Assembly (NCBI GenBank): GCA_964513145.1 | Contig: CAZELK010000002.1 | Span: forward strand, 18,413-82,412 | Origin: Candidatus Woesearchaeota archaeon | GTDB taxonomy: Archaea; Nanobdellota; Nanobdellia; SCGC-AAA011-G17; JACPIM01 | Reading direction: 5' to 3' | Length of the DNA stretch: 64,000 nt | In this document: piece by piece, positions 59,830-64,000 of the stretch | Numbering within the stretch: the stretch's first letter is position 1 | Layout of the letters: each line of letters begins with the position of its first letter | Program-made: the position numbers and the translations under genes | The notes under the pieces: model-generated | What the model was told of the DNA's origin: nothing | Databases searched by the model: none | Seen by the model: only the letters and a program-made list of their open reading frames with translations

Positions 59830-60741
59830 TTAACCTTTTTTTATCTTTGCTATAAAAAATCCTTCAGTATCATAGAATTGCGGCCATAATTTAATGCATT
59901 TCCTGATTTCTTTTGAATATTTTTTTCCATTAAATTCTAAATTAACTTCTGATTTAATTTTCAAGTCTATTTTTTCTATTTTGGCATCAGTATTATCCAA
60001 TAAAAATTGTACCACGTCTTCTCCTTCTTCTGGCTCTAAAGAGCACACAGAATAGACTAAGCTTCCTTTTTTATTTAAATTATTATAAGCATTTAAAATT
60101 AATTTTTTTTGTAAAGTTGAAGTACTATAAATTTTATTTAAATTCCATGACTTTAACAAGTATTGTGAATTGCTTGTTAACCCCCTTATTGTGCCAGAAG
60201 AAGTGCATGGTGCATCTAATAAAATCTTGTCGAATTTATAATTAATATTTCTGGCATCCATTAAAGTTACAACAGTATTCATAACCCCACACCTGTTTAA
60301 GTTGGAAGTTAAAGCACTCATTCTTTCATAATTTTTTTCATTTGCAATAATAACACCTTTGTTTTTCATAAGTTCAGCCAAATGAGAAGTTTTCGCACCT
60401 GGTGAAGCACACATATCCAAGACAAGATCATTTTTAGCCGGATTTAAAATAACACAAGGGATCATTGACGCAGCTTCTTGTACAAAAATATATCCGAGTT
60501 TATGTTCTGTTAAATTTCCTAAATCCCTCTTTTCAGATTCAACCCAAAAGCCCTCCTTGCACCAGGGAATCTGTTTTAAATTTAAATATTCTAGTTCATC
60601 TTTTATTTTTTTGATATTTGACTTAATTGTGCTGACTCTTATTGCCTTTCTTAAAAATTTATTTAAATAAATTTCAAATTCTTCAAATTCAGTTAATTGT
60701 TTGTATCTTTCTATAAAAGATGGTTTTAATTTTAATTTCAT
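59830..60741 (-). CDS. NOP2/Sun-family RNA cytosine-C5 methyltransferase
   Basis: DMCASPGAKTSH (motif I) and DAPCTSSGTIR (catalytic Cys motifs). Confidence 0.85.
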   Translation of the reverse strand: MKLKLKPSFIERYKQLTEFEEFEIYLNKFLRKAIRVSTIKSNIKKIKDELEYLNLKQIPWCKEGFWVESEKRDLGNLTEHKLGYIFVQEAASMIPCVILNPAKNDLVLDMCASPGAKTSHLAELMKNKGVIIANEKNYERMSALTSNLNRCGVMNTVVTLMDARNINYKFDKILLDAPCTSSGTIRGLTSNSQYLLKSWNLNKIYSTSTLQKKLILNAYNNLNKKGSLVYSVCSLEPEEGEDVVQFLLDNTDAKIEKIDLKIKSEVNLEFNGKKYSKEIRKCIKLWPQFYDTEGFFIAKIKKG

Positions 60742-60965
60742 TTTATTTCAATTAATTTTAATCTTGATTTTTCTCCTTTAATTATTTTAATCCGATACTT
60801 TTTAACTTTTAAAAAATCAGATAGGAGTTCAATTAAAACTTTGTTTGCTTTTCCATCAACAGCTGGAGCATTTACATGAACTTTTAAAATTCCTTTTTCC
60901 ATTAAAACATTGTTTTTCTTAGAATTTGGGATTACTTTAACCTTTAGCATATTAGATAAAAACAA
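60738..60965 (-). CDS. DUF167/YggU-family protein
   Basis: LKVHVNAPAVDGKANKVLIELLSDFL pattern. Confidence 0.55.
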   Translation of the reverse strand: MFLSNMLKVKVIPNSKKNNVLMEKGILKVHVNAPAVDGKANKVLIELLSDFLKVKKYRIKIIKGEKSRLKLIEIK

Positions 60966-60998
60966 AGTTCATTTATTAATATTTTTAAAAAGTGTAAC

Positions 60999-61156
60999 TG
61001 CGCTGGCCGAGGTTTGAAATCCCGAAACTTCTTTTAGTCTTTGATTAAACTTTTTTGAAAAGTTTGCTCGGGTCAGAGCCTCTTTACTCGCTTTTGATTA
61101 AACTTTTTCAAAAGTTTATTGGCAAGGCCCAATACTAACCACTATACTACCAGCGC
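60999..61156 (-). tRNA. tRNA-Gly (anticodon GCC) with two introns: a canonical 37/38 intron (38 nt) and a T-arm intron (48 nt)
   Basis: Acceptor GCGCTGG/CCAGCGC. Anticodon arm GGGCC-TTGCCAA-[38 nt]-GGCTC. T arm CCGAG-[48 nt]-TTCAAAC-CTCGG. 158 nt total versus 72 mature. Both inserts carry the AAACTTTT-N3-AAAAAGTTTAATCAAA element. Confidence 0.6.
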
Positions 61157-61272
61157 ATCAGTAATCTTTTGTAAAACAATTATATTTAAACCTTTTTAGT
61201 CATGAGGCTTTGTTGTGGAGTCCTAAATTTATTTAGAAAGATATTTAATACAATAAAATCTAATTTATTCGT

Positions 61273-61662
61273 ATGATTTTAACAGGGATCATTGCTGGAC
61301 TCGGCTTATTAGTGTCTTTTTATGCCTTTAGAACAGAATTAAAAGTAAAGCTTAATAAAAAATACAAGGCATTTTGTGATAGAAATAATCGCATTTCCTG
61401 TTCAAAAACACTCTCAAGCAAATACGGAAATCTTTTTGGAATCCCAAATTCCTTGGCTGGAATTTTTTTCTACGCCTCTCTTCTTGTTCTTGCTTTTTTA
61501 AATATAACTAATTATATTTTTTATCTATCAATAATTGCTTTTTTAATTAGTATCTTGCTTGCATATCTATCATTTTTTAAAGTAAAAACAATATGTCCTG
61601 TTTGTATTTCGATTTATATAATAAATACAACTTTATTGATTGTATCTTATCCAAAAATATGA
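61273..61662 (+). CDS. VKOR-family-like membrane protein (second paralog)
   Basis: Loop Cys pair (FCDRNNRISC) and TM CxxC (ICPVCISI). Confidence 0.5.
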   Translation: MILTGIIAGLGLLVSFYAFRTELKVKLNKKYKAFCDRNNRISCSKTLSSKYGNLFGIPNSLAGIFFYASLLVLAFLNITNYIFYLSIIAFLISILLAYLSFFKVKTICPVCISIYIINTTLLIVSYPKI

Positions 61663-61663
61663 A

Positions 61664-61797
61664 TGGGCCGAGAAGGATTTTCATTGCTTCTAGTTTTGTT
61701 TAAGCTTTTCTAAAAGCTTAATTTGAACCTTCGATCTAGACGGTGTAAACGTCTTGTCATTTGCAGAGTTAAAACTTAGCCACTAGACCACCGGCCC
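61664..61797 (-). tRNA. tRNA-Val (anticodon UAC) with two insertions: 17 nt in the D-stem and 44 nt at the T-loop/T-stem junction
   Basis: Acceptor GGGCCGG/TCGGCCC. D arm GTCT-AGTGGCTA-AG[17 nt]AC. Anticodon arm AGACG-TTTACAC-CGTCT. T arm GAAGG-TTCAAAT-[44 nt]-CCTTC. The 44-nt insert carries AAGCTTTT-AGA-AAAGCTT. Confidence 0.55.
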
Positions 61798-61864
61798 ACA
61801 CAAAGAAATTCTTACTTAGTCCCTATTTAAAATTATTGTTTTTTCTCAAAGCTTTTATTAAATA

Positions 61865-62200
61865 TTAGCTTCCAGAATTAAAAATACCAGCTACTTTTTT
61901 TTTATCTTTAAATAATTCATTAAATTTCTTGATAGCATCCTGTGTTTTTGCTGTAATCATTGAAATGCCTTTCGAACTAATTGCTTGTTTTACTGAATCA
62001 GGTACCTTCAGCAAGCCACCAGCCCCAGTTCCGATAACTATAAATTCTGGTTGAATCCTTAACAGTTCCTCTATATCCTTTACGTCTAAAACCAAATTTT
62101 CTCTTTCCCAGTATCTGACTTTTTTATCAACAATTTTTATGCTGCCAATAAATTGTTTTCCCTCAATAATAAATGCCCCTAGTTTATATTCTTGAATCAT
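61865..62200 (-). CDS. Mth938-like domain protein
   Basis: FIVIGTGAGGLLKVPDSV pattern. Confidence 0.55.
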   Translation of the reverse strand: MIQEYKLGAFIIEGKQFIGSIKIVDKKVRYWERENLVLDVKDIEELLRIQPEFIVIGTGAGGLLKVPDSVKQAISSKGISMITAKTQDAIKKFNELFKDKKKVAGIFNSGS

Positions 62201-62285
62201 AGTTATATGCTGTCATAAGAATTTTTAAACTTATGCCTGAAATAACTCAAAAAGGTTTATAAATTAACATATTCTTTTCATTCTA

Positions 62286-64000
62286 TGGATGAGCATCCTA
62301 AGCAAATAGTAATACCTGAAGAAGTAAAAGAAAAGTTTAAGGAAACAAAGGCAAATTTAACTAAATTCAAAAAAGATATTTTAAAGAAATTTGATAAATA
62401 TATTCTTGGAATAACCCTTCTTCCAAATGCTAAACTTTTAGATGAAGATTTAAGAGAGGAAAAGCCTGATGAGAAAAAAGGAAATAATCCGAAAGATATA
62501 GGTGTCTTAATTCTTATTGATGATTCAGATAGCAAAAAGTTGAGTAAGTTTGAATTGAAAGATAAATTAACAGCAATAATCGGCAAAAGTGCCAAAGATA
62601 TAAATGATAATTTAAAAACTCAGGTAATGTTATTGTCAGAGTTAAGAGAAAATTGTTTTGATTCAAAATACGAAGTTCTGGAAGCAATCGCCTTGTCAGC
62701 TATATTCTACGATCCAAGCGATATTTTGGCTGCTTTCAAGATTGCTGAAGTACATAAAAAAATGACTATAAAAAAATTTGAGAAATATATCATAAGTTAC
62801 ATTGCAATTGGCTCTTTATTCAGGGGAGAAAAATCAAATGACATAGATGTTCTTATTGTTGTTGATGATACAGATGTTAAAAAAATGACTAGGGGTGAAC
62901 TAAAAGATAAACTAAGGGCAATAATTATAGGCTTGGGATATGATGCAAGCAAAATAACTGGAGTAAATAAAGCATTCCATATTCAAGTCCACATACTTAC
63001 AGACTTTTGGGAAAGTTTAAAGGATGCTTCACCAGTAATTTTCACTTTTTTAAGAGATGGTGTCCCTTTATATGATCGTGGTGTATTCATGCCGTGGAAA
63101 CTCTTGCTTCAGATGGGCAGAATAAAACCCAGTCCAGAAGCAATAGATATGCACATGGATATAGCTGATAAATTAATACAAAGGGCTAAAGGAAAACTGC
63201 TAAGCGTTGTTGGTGAAGATTTATATTATGCAACATTAAATCCTGCACAAGCAGCATTGATGTTATATGGCATTCCGCCGCCGACACATAGGGAGACGAT
63301 AAAATTATTAAATGATATATTTGTAAAGAAAGAAAAACTTTTGGAAAAAAAATATGTTGATATTTTAGACAAGACCTTCAGGTATTTCAAGGATATTGAG
63401 CATGGAAAAGTAAAAGAAATTTCTGGAAAAGAAGTTGATAGCTTGTTAAAGGATGTTGATGATTATTTAAAAAGATTAAATAAATTATTTAGCGCAATTG
63501 AAACAAAAGCAGAAAAAAATAGAGTACTGGAATTTTATGATGGTTGCATTTCTATTGCCCAGGATTTATTAAATACAAATGGGATAAAAGGCAATATAGA
63601 AAAAGGATTTGAAGAATTGGTTAAAAAAGGAAAAATCCCTGAAAAATTCTTAAGAACATTAAAAATAGTCGTGAAAGCGAAAAATGATTATATAAAAAAT
63701 AAAATAACTAAACAGGAAGTTGAGAAAGTAAGAAAAGAAGCAAATATATTTATTCGTGCCTTGGTTGAAATTGTGCAGAGAAAAAGAGGCTTAGACTTAG
63801 AAAGGGCAAAAATCAAAGTCAAGTATAATGACAAAATTGGCGAGGTATTTGTTTTGGATAATTCAGTTTTCATAATAAAAGATGTTAATAGTGAAGAAAA
63901 AGAAATATTAAAGGGAGTTTTTACAGAAAACTATTGCATTGGCGAACTTAAAAAAAGTAATATGAGTGAAATGGAAGACTATCTAAAGAATATGAAGATA
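62286..64000 (+). CDS. tandem nucleotidyltransferase (Pol-beta superfamily) domain protein, 3' partial (runs off window); missing from ORF track
   Basis: Open frame from ATG 62286 to the window end, at least 571 aa. The second domain has the canonical GS-x(n)-DxD motif (IAIGSLFRGEKSNDIDVLIVVDD). The first is a degenerate copy (GITLLPNAK...DIGVLILIDD). Each is followed by a helical region. Confidence 0.6.

Noticed and set aside
62278-63873. Minus-strand ORFs 62278..62595 and 63688..63873
   Set aside because: Antisense to the long open plus-strand NTase ORF; Ser/Phe/Leu-rich mirror of a Lys/Glu-rich gene.

Overview
This window is an AT-rich archaeal chromosomal segment, densely packed with information-processing genes. 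From end to end it contains: Trm5, CDC48, type IA topoisomerase, RadB, TopoVI A/B, aIF-1A, aIF-2 beta, MCM, TBP, CysRS, TYW1, a class Ia aaRS, aRF1, ScpB, aMBF1, RpoL, TFS, PCNA, aCPSF1, proteasome beta, CCA-adding enzyme, and a NOP2/Sun methylase. The gene content and several shortened proteins suggest a small-genome, possibly DPANN-like archaeon; that is an inference. The most striking things I can see directly in the sequence are these. (1) Four minus-strand tRNA genes (Ile, Phe, Gly, Val) are all interrupted by intron-like insertions at non-canonical and canonical positions, two of them carrying two insertions each. Most insertions belong to one family of related ~40-50 nt hairpin-containing elements, and a solo copy also sits in the tRNA-Ile 3' trailer. 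(2) Five inteins lie in three essential genes: three in CDC48, one in MCM, one in aRF1 immediately after the GGQ motif. Two CDC48 inteins sit at the homologous GESE site of the D1 and D2 ATPase domains. Several inteins carry HTH plus LAGLIDADG domains. (3) A perfect 35-bp inverted-repeat pair lies 5.6 kb apart. Each copy sits in the promoter region of a divergently placed gene, one of them an orphan Cas4-like nuclease. (4) There are many small toxin-antitoxin-like pairs, including a recurring RelE-like plus Zn-ribbon/swapped-hairpin module. (5) A copper/thiol-redox membrane gene cluster (HMA proteins, cupredoxin-like, VKOR-like) is present. (6) A B12-binding radical SAM gene is followed by tiny ORFs and a 21-nt tandem repeat whose reading frame is broken at a T6 run. 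(7) A long ORF encoding a tandem nucleotidyltransferase-domain protein runs off the window end and is absent from the supplied ORF track. I found no CRISPR array and no rRNA.
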